A DNA stretch of 37,582 nucleotides from a virus, in IMG/VR virus record IMGVR_UViG_3300045988_169098. The stretch is one strand, 5' to 3'. The notes under the pieces were generated by a model. The model did no database searches. It was given only the letters and a program-made list of their open reading frames with translations, and was not told the origin of the DNA. Within the stretch, counting starts at the first letter, position 1; each line of letters opens with the position of its first letter. A program made the translations under genes and the position numbers. Of the stretch, positions 7,562 through 16,390 are shown piece by piece.

Positions 7562-7940
7562 CACGTCAACCATTGAAACCACGGAGGCCGTGAACCCGGA
7601 CGGGGAATTGCGTCAGGGATTGTTCGCCGCGCAGGCGGCGCGCATCGTCGAACTGCAGGCCGAGATCGCCAGCCGACAGGAGGAAATCGACAATCTCAAA
7701 TCCCTGATTCTCGACTCGCATCCGGTCGGCACCTACCAGGCCGGCAACCTGAAGGTGCAGGTCAAGCCGGGCGCGCGCCGCATCAACGCCGGCACGTTCG
7801 AAAAAGCCTACCCGGCCACCAAGTATCCCGGAGCCTACCAGTTGCGGCCGCGGCCGCTCAGCCAGTTGGAGAAGCTGCTGTCGGCGGACGCGGTGGCCGA
7901 TTACGCGATGAGCGGCAAGCCGACGGTGGTGGTCTCATGA
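7548..7940 (+). CDS. Hypothetical protein with coiled-coil segment
   Basis: 130-aa ORF with RBS gaaagg and coiled-coil-like AAQAARIVELQAEIASRQEEIDNLKSLI. Confidence 0.7.
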   Translation: MTANDTSTIETTEAVNPDGELRQGLFAAQAARIVELQAEIASRQEEIDNLKSLILDSHPVGTYQAGNLKVQVKPGARRINAGTFEKAYPATKYPGAYQLRPRPLSQLEKLLSADAVADYAMSGKPTVVVS

Positions 7941-8335
7941 GCGCGGAACTGTCCAGCCTGGGCATCGCCCAGATCGTGGAAAGCGTTATCGCCGACTACG
8001 ACCTGCACGACGAGGACGGCAACGAGCTGACCGACGACCTGTACGTCATCCGCTCCGAGCAGCTCGACGAGCTGGGCCTCACCGTCGCCAGACGCATCCA
8101 CAAGGCCATACGCGAACTGGAGACGCAGGGCAAGACCGGTTTTCCCGTGCATTCGATGGCCTTCGGCAGCATGCCGGTAACCATCGCGAAGGACGGCGAC
8201 CGCACCTACACGCTGCGCTTCGACAATTCGGACGAGGCGGTGGCCATTACACGGCTCAGCAGAACCGCGTTGGCGGACATTAGGAAACAGATCAACGAGT
8301 TTTTGAAGGAGGTGAAGAACCATGAGCATGAATGA
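7937..8335 (+). CDS. Hypothetical acidic protein
   Basis: 132 aa with ATGA overlap on the previous gene. Confidence 0.7.
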   Translation: MSAELSSLGIAQIVESVIADYDLHDEDGNELTDDLYVIRSEQLDELGLTVARRIHKAIRELETQGKTGFPVHSMAFGSMPVTIAKDGDRTYTLRFDNSDEAVAITRLSRTALADIRKQINEFLKEVKNHEHE

Positions 8336-9332
8336 CGCCATTCTCGCCGTAGCACAAGCCCAACAGCAGGGTGACGCGATACCCGTCGACGTGCCGCCCA
8401 TGACCCAAACGGCACCCGATATGGACAAGCCGCCCGTCACGCCGAAGACCAAAATCGGCACGATGGAGGAACCACGATTGTGGCCGGAGATCCGCCAGCT
8501 CATCGAAGCGGATATCCAGAACGCTCCGCGTGAGCTGCAGCGTGAGATAGGCCCGTCAGAACTGGGAACGGATTGCGTGCATTGCCTGGCGGCGAAGCTG
8601 GCGGGCTGGCCGGAGCGTCGCTCCCCGGGCTGGCTGCCGTTCATCGGCACGTGCGTCCACGCGCATTTCGAAACCATGTTCCATGACCTGAACGGGGAGC
8701 CGGCGTTCCAATTCCCCTACACGAGCGAGGACAACGTGACCGAGCTCGTGGAACGGTGGCGCTCGGAGTACCGGGTCACCGTAGGCCGGTTGCAGGGTTT
8801 GCACGGCGGCTACGACGTGACCGGCAGCATCGACCTATGGGACCGCAAAACCCGCAGCACCATCGACTGGAAGATAGTCGGCAACACGACCGTCACCAAG
8901 GTCAAGGCCCACGGCCCCTCGCAACAGTACCGGGTACAGGCCTCACTCTACGGCATGGGCCTGCAGAACGAGGGCGAGCGGGTGGAGCGCAACTGCATCT
9001 ACTTCCTGCCCCGCAACAAGACCTCGTTGGGTGACGCATTGCCATGGGAGACCAGGTTCGACCCGGAGCCCGGCAAATGGGCGTTGAGCCGCGCCCAACT
9101 GCTCGTCAACCTCATGGATTGCGTGGAGCAGGCGGAAGGCCCCGACGTGCGCGACAGCTGGATCAAACAGTTGCCGGCGGCCGGGCCCGACAAATGCTTC
9201 TCATGCAAGGGCCGGGTCTGGCCCGACATGAGCGCGCTCCCCGAGTTCGACGCTAAGCCATGGCCGGACGTTCCCGACAAGTGGCTCCGACTCATCCCCC
9301 TAATCGAATCCGAATACCAATTCACCAAGTAA
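8322..9332 (+). CDS. Cas4/RecB-like PD-(D/E)XK exonuclease with Cys cluster
   Basis: GSIDLWD...TIDWKIVG (D...DxK), QYRVQASLY (QxxxY), and four Cys (TDCVHC near the N-terminus, CFSC near the C-terminus) as in Fe-S Cas4-type nucleases. Confidence 0.7.
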   Translation: MSMNDAILAVAQAQQQGDAIPVDVPPMTQTAPDMDKPPVTPKTKIGTMEEPRLWPEIRQLIEADIQNAPRELQREIGPSELGTDCVHCLAAKLAGWPERRSPGWLPFIGTCVHAHFETMFHDLNGEPAFQFPYTSEDNVTELVERWRSEYRVTVGRLQGLHGGYDVTGSIDLWDRKTRSTIDWKIVGNTTVTKVKAHGPSQQYRVQASLYGMGLQNEGERVERNCIYFLPRNKTSLGDALPWETRFDPEPGKWALSRAQLLVNLMDCVEQAEGPDVRDSWIKQLPAAGPDKCFSCKGRVWPDMSALPEFDAKPWPDVPDKWLRLIPLIESEYQFTK

Positions 9333-9354
9333 AAACAACGAAAGGAACACGACA

Positions 9355-10233
9355 ATGTTCGGACAACCACAACCACAGTACGGTTACCCGCAGCAGGGGT
9401 ACGGCTACCAGCAGCCCCAACGGCAGCCAGCCCAGTTGAGTTCGCTCGGCGACCTGCTCGCCGGCAACAGCGCCAAAGCGTACTTCGGCGCGAACAGCCA
9501 GCCCGGAGACTCGGTGACCGGCGTCATCGAAAAAATCGAGACCACGCAGGTCACCGACTTCCAGACCAAGCAGCCCGCCTTCTGGAACGACGGACGCCCG
9601 AAGGAGCAGATCCACGTCATCATCCAGACCCAGTTGCGCGACCCGAGCGTGGATGACGACGACGGCCGCCGTTCTCTCTGGGTCAAAGGTTGGGGAATCC
9701 AGTTGAAGGCGTTTCGCGATGCCTGCCGTCAGGCGGGCGTGAAGATCCCGAAGCCGGGCGACACCATCACGGAACGGTTCGTGGGTCTCGACCAGCGGGG
9801 CGACGCGCCCCAGCCGCCGAAAGTGTTCGAATTCCACATCGAACCCGCTTCCAGCGTCAACAGTCTCGTGAACGGCAGCCAACCCCAGCAGCCCGGCATG
9901 CAGCAAGCCCAGCCGGCATACCCGCAGCAGCAGTACGCGCCCCAGCAGCCCATGCAGGCCCCGAATCAGGGATATGCGCCGGCTCCGGTCGACCCATGGA
10001 ACCCGCCGACGCAGCAGCAGCCGCAGCAACCCGCCCAGCCGGTACAGCTCGGCCAGCCACAGCAGCAGGCTGATCCGATGAAGGTCAACCAGTTGAAGGC
10101 CGTGGGCAAAAGCCCGCAGGAGATAGCCGCATTGTTGGGCGTGCCGGTCGAAGCGGTCACCGCCGTCACCGACCAGGCGCAACCCCAATACCACGGGGGT
10201 TCCGAACAGATGCCGGAAACCGGTGAATTCTGA
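9355..10233 (+). CDS. Q/P-rich putative ssDNA-binding protein
   Basis: The central globular part is flanked by Q/P/G-rich low-complexity linkers, with an acidic tip ending in Phe (SEQMPETGEF) reminiscent of SSB C-terminal tails. The position in the recombination/replication module also supports the call. Confidence 0.35.
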   Translation: MFGQPQPQYGYPQQGYGYQQPQRQPAQLSSLGDLLAGNSAKAYFGANSQPGDSVTGVIEKIETTQVTDFQTKQPAFWNDGRPKEQIHVIIQTQLRDPSVDDDDGRRSLWVKGWGIQLKAFRDACRQAGVKIPKPGDTITERFVGLDQRGDAPQPPKVFEFHIEPASSVNSLVNGSQPQQPGMQQAQPAYPQQQYAPQQPMQAPNQGYAPAPVDPWNPPTQQQPQQPAQPVQLGQPQQQADPMKVNQLKAVGKSPQEIAALLGVPVEAVTAVTDQAQPQYHGGSEQMPETGEF

Positions 10234-10409
10234 TGGACGAACTGCTGAAACACCTGCAGAACCAGTGGCTCGAGCTGATGAAAGACATGGATTCCCTCGC
10301 CTCCGATCAGGACGGTTTCCGTGACGTCGACTCGGAAAGCCTCCAGCTCATGAGCGTGAGACTCGTGCTCCTGGGCTGGCACAAGAGCAAGGATTCCGAC
10401 AAGGACTGA
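10233..10409 (+). CDS. Small hypothetical protein (58 aa)
   Basis: Below the track cutoff. The ATG overlaps the previous TGA. High GC3. Sequence: MDELLKHLQNQWLELMKDMDSLASDQDGFRDVDSESLQLMSVRLVLLGWHKSKDSDKD. Confidence 0.5.
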   Translation: MDELLKHLQNQWLELMKDMDSLASDQDGFRDVDSESLQLMSVRLVLLGWHKSKDSDKD

Positions 10410-10510
10410 GTCCAGTCCCGACCGCCGTAGCCGTATCCAAGCGGCCGGCACGTATGCAAAGGCGTGCACGGCACCACACATATTCACATCACATCAAAGG
10501 AGTTTCAAGG

Positions 10511-12805
10511 ATGACCGACATCTACGGATACGCGGCAGCCGCGCCACTGTACCGTGCGGAGGGCTGGATGCAGGTCATCCCCCTGCCGGAAGGCCGCAAG
10601 ACCCCACCACCCAGCGGTTTCACTGGACGCAGCCGCAAACCCGTCACCGACGAACAAGTACAGGTCTGGTCGCAGGCGACCCCGGACGCGAACACGGGAA
10701 TCGTCATCCCCGAAGGCGTATTGGTGTTGGACATCGACACCGCACAAGGCCATCAGGTCAAGGCGGACGGGGCGAAAGGCATCAGCGAACTCTCTCAGGA
10801 ACTGGGCATGCTTCCGGCCACGTGGAGCAGCACGGCGCACGGCATCGACAGTCCGGCACGCCACCTGTTCTACAAGGTGCCCGAAGGCCTCGCGTGGAAG
10901 GGCGGCGCCATCGAGGGCGTCGACATCCTGCAACCCGGCCACCGGTATTCCGTGGTCTGGCCGTCGATCCACCCGAGTGGCGAAATGTACTGCTGGTACA
11001 CGCCCAGCGGCAGGGTTGCCAGCACGCTCCCCCGCATCAGCGACTTGGCGACCCTGCCATGGAAGTGGGTGGACTACCTGCGCAAACCCGACAGCATGGC
11101 GAACCTGACACATTCAAACCCGTCGACCACTCCAATCGCCTCTAATCCGAGGGGATACGACGACCGCATGTGCAAGGCGGTCAACACGTTCCTCAACAAG
11201 ACGCTCGCCAACCCGGCAAGCAAAGGCTCAAGGCATGACACCACGCTGCAGGCCGTCTGGGCGTTGGTTAACTTCGCGCAGGAGGGACACCAGGGGGCTC
11301 TCGACGCCATCAACCAATTGAAGCCACGGTTCATCGCCGAGGTGGCCCCCGACCGTCAAGGCAAGGAGCGTGAGGCGGCACGCGAATGGGCCAGCATTCT
11401 CAGTGGCGCGATGGAGAAGGTCAACGGCGTGCAATCGCATGTGGATCCGTGCGAGCAGTCGAAAATCGAACGCATGACGCCCGGCGAGTTCGACGAACTC
11501 ACCCAAAACGCGGCTGCGAGTCAAATGGAGGAAAGTCACCCGGAAGCAGTTCAAAACACTGGAACAATGCCGGTTCAAGCCGGTTCAACACCCGTCGCAT
11601 CGGTTCAAAACGGTTCAATGGAAAGTCACGAGGCAAGTAAAAACGCCTCCTCCAGCTGGCAGTTCGAAGACCTCACCCAGCTCGCTTCCGGCATTGAACT
11701 GCCGCCCACGCCCACCGTGTTCCAACGAGAGGACGGCCAAGGCCTCTTCTATAGGGGCGCGGTCAACGACCTGCACGGCGAACCCGGCTGCGGCAAAAGC
11801 ATGCTCGCCCAGATCGCCACCGCCCAGGAACTCAAACAGGGACATGACGTGATCTATATCGACTATGAGGATTCCGCCAGAAACGTCGTCAAGCGTCTCC
11901 TGCTGCTCGGCGTGACCGGCGAACAGATTGTGCAGCATTTACACTACGTGCGGCCCAGCGCCAAGCCGAGCAGCCCCACCAGCCTCGACGGCTGGAAGGA
12001 AACCCTCGACTACGCGGACACGGCCACGCTGGCCATCATCGACGGCGTCACCAGCTGCCTCGCCTACGCCGGCCTCGACAGCAACAGCGGTGACGACATC
12101 GCCGCCTGGTACAACACCATGCCACGACTCATCAGCGCCTGTGGGCCAGCGGTCGTACTCATCGACCACGTCGTCAAAAGCAAGGACAACCGGGGCCGCT
12201 ACGCCGGCGGCAGCATGCAGAAACTCGCACTCATCGACGGCATCAGCTACTCGGTGGACATGACCAAACCAGTCGGCAAGGGCGTGCGCGGCACCATCGT
12301 CATCAAATCAGGCAAGGACCGCATCAGCGAGATCGAGGAGCATTGCGCCGTCAGCTGGGATTCGAACGGCTCGCACCTGCGCGAAGCAGCACGCATCGAA
12401 ATCAACAGCACGGATCCGAAACTCATGCGCGTCACCATCGCACGCCCCAACATGATGCCCAGCGACGAAACCACACGACAGCGCGGCCTCGAACGACCAA
12501 CCGGACTCATGGAGAAGATCAGCCGGATCATCGAGAACGCGCCCGAGGATCCGAACCAGACCGAAATCATCGAACTGCTGAAGGACGACGGGTCAAGCGC
12601 CCGGAAGATCACCGTGCTCACCGCCATCAACCGGCTGCTCGAGGGCGAGTGGATCAGCAACCGCTCCGGACGAAACAACCGGAACATCTACGCCAGCGTC
12701 AGACCATACCGGCAGATGAACGACCCGAAATCGGACGCTTTCGTGGACCGGATGAGCAGGGAGGAGGCGAACGAATTGGATAAGGAAAACCATCTCGAAA
12801 TCTAG
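10511..12805 (+). CDS. Bifunctional primase-polymerase (PrimPol) / RepA-like AAA helicase with C-terminal winged-helix domain
   Basis: Start at ATG 10511 after RBS aaggag. N-terminus is typical bifunctional primase/polymerase: GWMQVIPLPEGRKTPPPSGFTG...VLVLDID. Walker A is GEPGCGKSMLAQ and Walker B is VVLIDHVVKS. The C-terminal block SSARKITVLTAINRLLEGEWISNRSGRNNRNIYASV looks like a wHTH. Confidence 0.85.
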   Translation: MTDIYGYAAAAPLYRAEGWMQVIPLPEGRKTPPPSGFTGRSRKPVTDEQVQVWSQATPDANTGIVIPEGVLVLDIDTAQGHQVKADGAKGISELSQELGMLPATWSSTAHGIDSPARHLFYKVPEGLAWKGGAIEGVDILQPGHRYSVVWPSIHPSGEMYCWYTPSGRVASTLPRISDLATLPWKWVDYLRKPDSMANLTHSNPSTTPIASNPRGYDDRMCKAVNTFLNKTLANPASKGSRHDTTLQAVWALVNFAQEGHQGALDAINQLKPRFIAEVAPDRQGKEREAAREWASILSGAMEKVNGVQSHVDPCEQSKIERMTPGEFDELTQNAAASQMEESHPEAVQNTGTMPVQAGSTPVASVQNGSMESHEASKNASSSWQFEDLTQLASGIELPPTPTVFQREDGQGLFYRGAVNDLHGEPGCGKSMLAQIATAQELKQGHDVIYIDYEDSARNVVKRLLLLGVTGEQIVQHLHYVRPSAKPSSPTSLDGWKETLDYADTATLAIIDGVTSCLAYAGLDSNSGDDIAAWYNTMPRLISACGPAVVLIDHVVKSKDNRGRYAGGSMQKLALIDGISYSVDMTKPVGKGVRGTIVIKSGKDRISEIEEHCAVSWDSNGSHLREAARIEINSTDPKLMRVTIARPNMMPSDETTRQRGLERPTGLMEKISRIIENAPEDPNQTEIIELLKDDGSSARKITVLTAINRLLEGEWISNRSGRNNRNIYASVRPYRQMNDPKSDAFVDRMSREEANELDKENHLEI

Positions 12806-12980
12806 TTGTTCCCGTTGTTCCCAGTTGTTCCGAGTTGTTCCCGGAACAACTGGAGTAGCGATGTCCAGCTGTTCCCAGCACTCCCCACCCACACTACGTG
12901 TGTGGGTGGGTGCGGGAACAACTGCGACTCGGCCCTCCGGAACAGCAAAAAAAGCACGTCAACGACACTAGTTGTTCCCA
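12804..12980 (+). promoter_or_regulatory. Iteron-rich origin-like region, copy 1
   Basis: GTTGTTCC at 12805, 12814, 12824 and 12834 (9-10 bp period). The last copy forms a palindrome with GGAACAAC at 12843. Further GGAACAAC at 12915, GTTGTTCC at 12971, and variants GCTGTTCC / GGAACAGC. A 10-bp-stem hairpin ccacccacac/gtgtgggtgg lies at 12885-12909. Confidence 0.55.
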
Positions 12981-13011
12981 ATCAAGAAAACGTCAGAAAG
13001 GAGACCGGAAG

Positions 13012-13383
13012 ATGGCACTCACATTCAGGGAGCAAATCGAAGCTACCGCATGGGAGCTCGGCAACGGAGAAGGAACCATGCCCGAGCTTCGGAAGCGGTT
13101 CGACGCTGACCCCGAGACCCCGAATTTCGACCCTGCCAAGGCGTTGGAGATGCTGCTGAAGGACGACGGGTCAAGCGCCCGGAAGATCACCGTGCTCACC
13201 GCCATCAACCGGCTGCTCGAGGGCGAGTGGATCAGCAACCGCTCCGGACGAAACAACCGGAACATCTACGCCAGCGTCAGACCATACCGGCAGATGAACG
13301 ACCCGAAATCGGACGCTTTCGTGGACCGGATGAGCAGGGAGGAGGCGAACGAATTGGATAAGGAAAACCATCTCGAAATCTAG
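13012..13383 (+). CDS. Chimeric ORF created by the duplication (N-terminus of gene 13590..13961 fused to the helicase C-terminal wHTH)
   Basis: ATG 13012 after RBS gaaaggag. The first 48 aa (MALTFREQIEATAWELG...AKALEML) equal those of 13590..13961. The last 75 aa equal the PrimPol-helicase C-terminus (LKDDGSSARKITVLTAINRLLEGEW...ENHLEI). Confidence 0.6.
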   Translation: MALTFREQIEATAWELGNGEGTMPELRKRFDADPETPNFDPAKALEMLLKDDGSSARKITVLTAINRLLEGEWISNRSGRNNRNIYASVRPYRQMNDPKSDAFVDRMSREEANELDKENHLEI

Positions 13384-13558
13384 TTGTTCCCGTTGTTCCC
13401 AGTTGTTCCGAGTTGTTCCCGGAACAACTGGAGTAGCGATGTCCAGCTGTTCCCAGCACTCCCCACCCACACTACGTGTGTGGGTGGGTGCGGGAACAAC
13501 TGCGACTCGGCCCTCCGGAACAGCAAAAAAAGCACGTCAACGACACTAGTTGTTCCCA
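13382..13558 (+). promoter_or_regulatory. Iteron-rich origin-like region, copy 2 (duplicate)
   Basis: Identical to 12804-12980, shifted by 578 bp. Confidence 0.55.
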
Positions 13559-13589
13559 ATCAAGAAAACGTCAGAAAGGAGACCGGAAG

Positions 13590-13961
13590 ATGGCACTCAC
13601 ATTCAGGGAGCAAATCGAAGCTACCGCATGGGAGCTCGGCAACGGAGAAGGAACCATGCCCGAGCTTCGGAAGCGGTTCGACGCTGACCCCGAGACCCCG
13701 AATTTCGACCCTGCCAAGGCGTTGGAGATGCTGCACATACTCCAGCTCATCAACTACAAGCAAGCCGGCAAGGGACGCGGACACGCCCGCTGCTACTATC
13801 TGAAGAAACCCGAATACGGACTACTCAACCTCAATGAGCCGAAACCAGCTCCCAAGGACGAGCGGGAGCGGGAAAACCGCATCCAATGGGCCAGGGACTT
13901 CCGCGTCATCGCCGACTGGCTCGACGCGAACTGTTACACGACTGAAAGCGAGGAAGCATGA
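13590..13961 (+). CDS. Hypothetical protein (possible winged-helix)
   Basis: 123 aa, ATG after RBS gaaaggag. Contains LHILQLINYKQAGKGRGHARCYYL. Confidence 0.7.
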   Translation: MALTFREQIEATAWELGNGEGTMPELRKRFDADPETPNFDPAKALEMLHILQLINYKQAGKGRGHARCYYLKKPEYGLLNLNEPKPAPKDERERENRIQWARDFRVIADWLDANCYTTESEEA

Positions 13962-14182
13962 AAGAATCCGTCACCATCCAATACCGCTGTGAGGATGCTG
14001 ACACCAATCTGGTCGAAACCATCCCAATCGTCTCCATCGGCATCGACCAGTGGAGTCAAGGCCATCCCGTCCTGTTCAACCTTGACCGGAGAGGACATCA
14101 CGGCCGCCGTATGCTCAGCGTACTCATCACCGCCTGCGAAGCGGTGCTGCATGAAATCCAGGACATCAAATGGGAGGACTGA
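13958..14182 (+). CDS. Hypothetical protein
   Basis: 74 aa with ATGA overlap on the previous gene. Confidence 0.6.
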   Translation: MKESVTIQYRCEDADTNLVETIPIVSIGIDQWSQGHPVLFNLDRRGHHGRRMLSVLITACEAVLHEIQDIKWED

Positions 14183-14185
14183 CCC

Positions 14186-14380
14186 ATGGCCGGACCGATT
14201 GACGTGATTCAACGGGCGCTCAGCGCACTGGCCTCAGCGGGATTGGGCAGCGAGTCGCCGGCAGAGGCGTATGTGCTCGGCTACCAGGCCGGCTGGCGGG
14301 AAGCGCTCGACCTGTGCATACGAATCGAAACGGCAATCAACAACGAAACGGAGGAAACGAATGAGCATCATCAGCAGTGA
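14186..14380 (+). CDS. Hypothetical protein
   Basis: 64-aa ORF immediately after the previous stop. Confidence 0.55.
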   Translation: MAGPIDVIQRALSALASAGLGSESPAEAYVLGYQAGWREALDLCIRIETAINNETEETNEHHQQ

Positions 14381-14603
14381 AATCGAGGCGCAGAAGCAGC
14401 GTGACCCGTCGTACATCGACAGTGGCCTGCAGTGGGCGTGGGGACGAGGATACAAGGCCGGAGCGTCACGCGGAATCACCGAAGAGGAGATTGCCGCCGC
14501 CATGGCCGAAACCCGAAAGTTCATCACGCTCCCCGGCGCGTGGTTGGAGAACATCATCAGAATCGCGTTCGACGCGGCAAGAAGAAAGGCAATGGAGGAG
14601 TGA
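14361..14603 (+). CDS. Hypothetical protein
   Basis: Start at ATG 14361 after RBS ggaggaaacga (MSIISSEIEAQ...), 80 aa. Confidence 0.6.
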   Translation: MSIISSEIEAQKQRDPSYIDSGLQWAWGRGYKAGASRGITEEEIAAAMAETRKFITLPGAWLENIIRIAFDAARRKAMEE

Positions 14604-15106
14604 GCAGGCCACGCGCCCGTGAACGCAAACCAGCATGGCTTCGCGCGTTCATCCCGAAAACGAGTCCCCTCGTTGTCACCGTCTGCGAGGGGTGCGGCCT
14701 GTACGTCATCGAGGATCGGGAAACCGTGTGGGAGTCGTGGGATTACGGGTGTGTGGCGGGTGACGACCTGACCGTGGCGATAATCCTCGGCCGGCCGTTG
14801 ACCCGCGTCACGTGGCTTCCCTCCGTCGGCCACCCGCTGCTCCGTAGCACCTGCGGAGATGCAGGCATCAGACCGGACGGCCAGTATCTGGCCATGCACA
14901 TGTGTCATCTCGCCCGGATAAGCGTCAAACCGTTCAAACCGCCGAAACGGGAACGCCCGCCAGGCAAGCCATGGGGCGGGCCGAAACTGTCGAAGCAGGA
15001 GATAGCCGAATTCAAACGCATATGGAACATGCCATACAGCCGGCTCAAATACGAGAAAGCCCCAACCATGGTCGGCCAGGGCGATGAGAAGCAAACATTA
15101 TTCTAG
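14600..15106 (+). CDS. Hypothetical protein
   Basis: Probable GTG start at 14600 overlapping the previous TGA. Contains VCEGCG. The upstream part of track ORF 14432..15106 overlaps the previous gene in another frame. Confidence 0.5.
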   Translation: MSRPRARERKPAWLRAFIPKTSPLVVTVCEGCGLYVIEDRETVWESWDYGCVAGDDLTVAIILGRPLTRVTWLPSVGHPLLRSTCGDAGIRPDGQYLAMHMCHLARISVKPFKPPKRERPPGKPWGGPKLSKQEIAEFKRIWNMPYSRLKYEKAPTMVGQGDEKQTLF

Positions 15107-15129
15107 CCGACCAGCCGGAAGGGGCCAAC

Positions 15130-15906
15130 GTGAACTGCCAGAACTGCAGGACGATGACCGAAGAGGGGTGTTCGCTGTGCGAGACGTGCGAGATGCGCTT
15201 CGCAGGCACATTATTGCGCTTGGCGCGTGATGTCACGCCGTTGCATGACAGCCTCGACGCGACATTGCATCCGGGAGGGCATTCGCCCGTGCGCATCCAG
15301 ACCGCCACTCCCCCGACTCCTATCAGGCTTGACGTGCTCGACCTGATCGACATGCTCGACGCCACGGCCCGTGAACTATGGCGTTGCCTCGACGGCATCG
15401 ACGCCTTGGACTGGCGCAAAGACAAACGCAACGAGGATCTGAAGGCCACGCTCATCGCATGCGCAGGCCACCCCAAACTCGCCACGTTCGCCGACGCGGG
15501 CTTCTACATGCACGTCGTTGACGGCATCGCCCGCAAAGTCGATGCTGCGCTGGACCCGCCGGAGCAACGCCGCGAGATAGGAACCTGCGAACTATGCGAG
15601 ACCATGCTCACCGCTGGGGCAGCAGACCAGTGGGTGACATGCCCGGTCTGCGGGAGGGAACAGCGAGCGCAGACGGTTAAACTGCGTAGGCTCAAGACGT
15701 TGTGTTGGGATGATTCCGGGCGCGGGTCTGCGGCTGAGATAGCCAAGGTGTTCACGGACGCGGGAATCACCGTCAAAAGGCATACGCTCACCGTGTGGAA
15801 ATCCCGAGGCAAGCTTGATGTCACGCCCCAAGGCATTTCATACAGCAGCGTCTACCGGCTCGTCATCAGTGGCGGACTTGACAAAGAGCTGACTGTGACC
15901 GCATAA
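15130..15906 (+). CDS. Zinc-ribbon protein with C-terminal HTH-like region (possible late-gene regulator)
   Basis: 258 aa with CQNC...CSLCETC and CELC...CPVC pairs. The C-terminus SAAEIAKVFTDAGITVKRHTLTVWKSRG is HTH-like. Last gene before the terminator and the packaging module. Confidence 0.55.
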   Translation: MNCQNCRTMTEEGCSLCETCEMRFAGTLLRLARDVTPLHDSLDATLHPGGHSPVRIQTATPPTPIRLDVLDLIDMLDATARELWRCLDGIDALDWRKDKRNEDLKATLIACAGHPKLATFADAGFYMHVVDGIARKVDAALDPPEQRREIGTCELCETMLTAGAADQWVTCPVCGREQRAQTVKLRRLKTLCWDDSGRGSAAEIAKVFTDAGITVKRHTLTVWKSRGKLDVTPQGISYSSVYRLVISGGLDKELTVTA

Positions 15907-15925
15907 TGTCAGTGGATTAGTGTCG

Positions 15926-15955
15926 AAAAACCCAGCTCATGTGGCTGGGTTTTCG
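15926..15955. terminator. Bidirectional rho-independent terminator
   Basis: aaaaacccagc tcatgtg gctgggtttt, with an A-run and a T-run on either side, between convergent genes. Confidence 0.75.
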
Positions 15956-15960
15956 CGTAT

Positions 15961-16164
15961 CTATGCTTTGTTTTTGCGTGGCCTTCCTCCGCCGACACCA
16001 CGTCCCGGACGTTGAGCGTTCCATTCATCGATGGTCTCAGGCAACCAGCCCCGAGTGCGGCCTATGGTCGCGTCGGGTTCGGGGAGTTTGAGGTTGAGCA
16101 GGCCGCCGCTGGTGATGCCGAGGCGTTCGGCGACCTGTTTGACGCCGAGGTATTCAGTCGTCAT
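15961..16164 (-). CDS. Excisionase-family (HTH_17) DNA-binding protein
   Basis: Start at MTTEYLGVKQVAERLGITSGG (ATG 16162-16164, RBS aaggaagg), 67 aa. Basic tail RPGRGVGGGRPRKNKA. Confidence 0.65.
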   Translation of the reverse strand: MTTEYLGVKQVAERLGITSGGLLNLKLPEPDATIGRTRGWLPETIDEWNAQRPGRGVGGGRPRKNKA

Positions 16165-16324
16165 TGTTGCCTTCCTTGCCGTTGATGATTCCGGCCGCAA
16201 GGCCCATGATTCCGGCCGCGAGACCGAAGCCGCCAGATACTATCGGGCTGTCGGATAGCGCGCCGCCCAAGGCCATGGCTCCGAACGTCAGGGCCACGAT
16301 TCCGAAAATCAGTGATGTTCTCAT
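16154..16324 (-). CDS. Small membrane protein (56 aa, Gly/Ala-rich, two hydrophobic segments)
   Basis: Hand translation: MRTSLIFGIVALTFGAMALGGALSDSPIVSGGFGLAAGIMGLAAGIINGKEGNNDD. The stop overlaps the downstream HTH gene start by 11 nt. Below the track cutoff. Confidence 0.5.
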   Translation of the reverse strand: MRTSLIFGIVALTFGAMALGGALSDSPIVSGGFGLAAGIMGLAAGIINGKEGNNDD

Positions 16325-16390
16325 GATGTGTTTCCGATGAGATAGGATTGGCGGGGAGGTTCCGGCTAGTAGGGTTAGCCGGAACCTGTT

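Larger units (their letters stand above)
12575..13734 (+). repeat. Perfect tandem duplication, 2 x 578 bp with 4-bp junction homology (ctgc)
   Basis: 12575-13156 equals 13153-13734 at an offset of 578. Track ORFs in all overlapping frames translate identically in both copies (for example 12593..12892 = 13171..13470, and 12806.. = 13384.. for 116 aa). Confidence 0.9.

Noticed and set aside
9355-10233. Q/P-rich protein as a collagen-like or tandem-repeat surface protein.
   Set aside because: There is no regular nucleotide or amino-acid periodicity. It lies in the DNA recombination/replication module and ends with an SSB-like acidic tip.
12593-13470. Duplicated 99-aa and 60-aa minus-strand ORFs (12593..12892 = 13171..13470; 12699..12881 = 13277..13459) as a possible duplicated gene pair.
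   Set aside because: They are antisense to the helicase C-terminus and run through the iteron region. Their duplication is a by-product of the 578-bp tandem duplication, not evidence of coding.
12804-13558. Short direct repeats (GTTGTTCC) recurring in two blocks, considered as a possible CRISPR array.
   Set aside because: The repeats are only 8 bp with 1-2 bp spacers. The two blocks are copies produced by the tandem duplication. There is no spacer structure and no cas genes.
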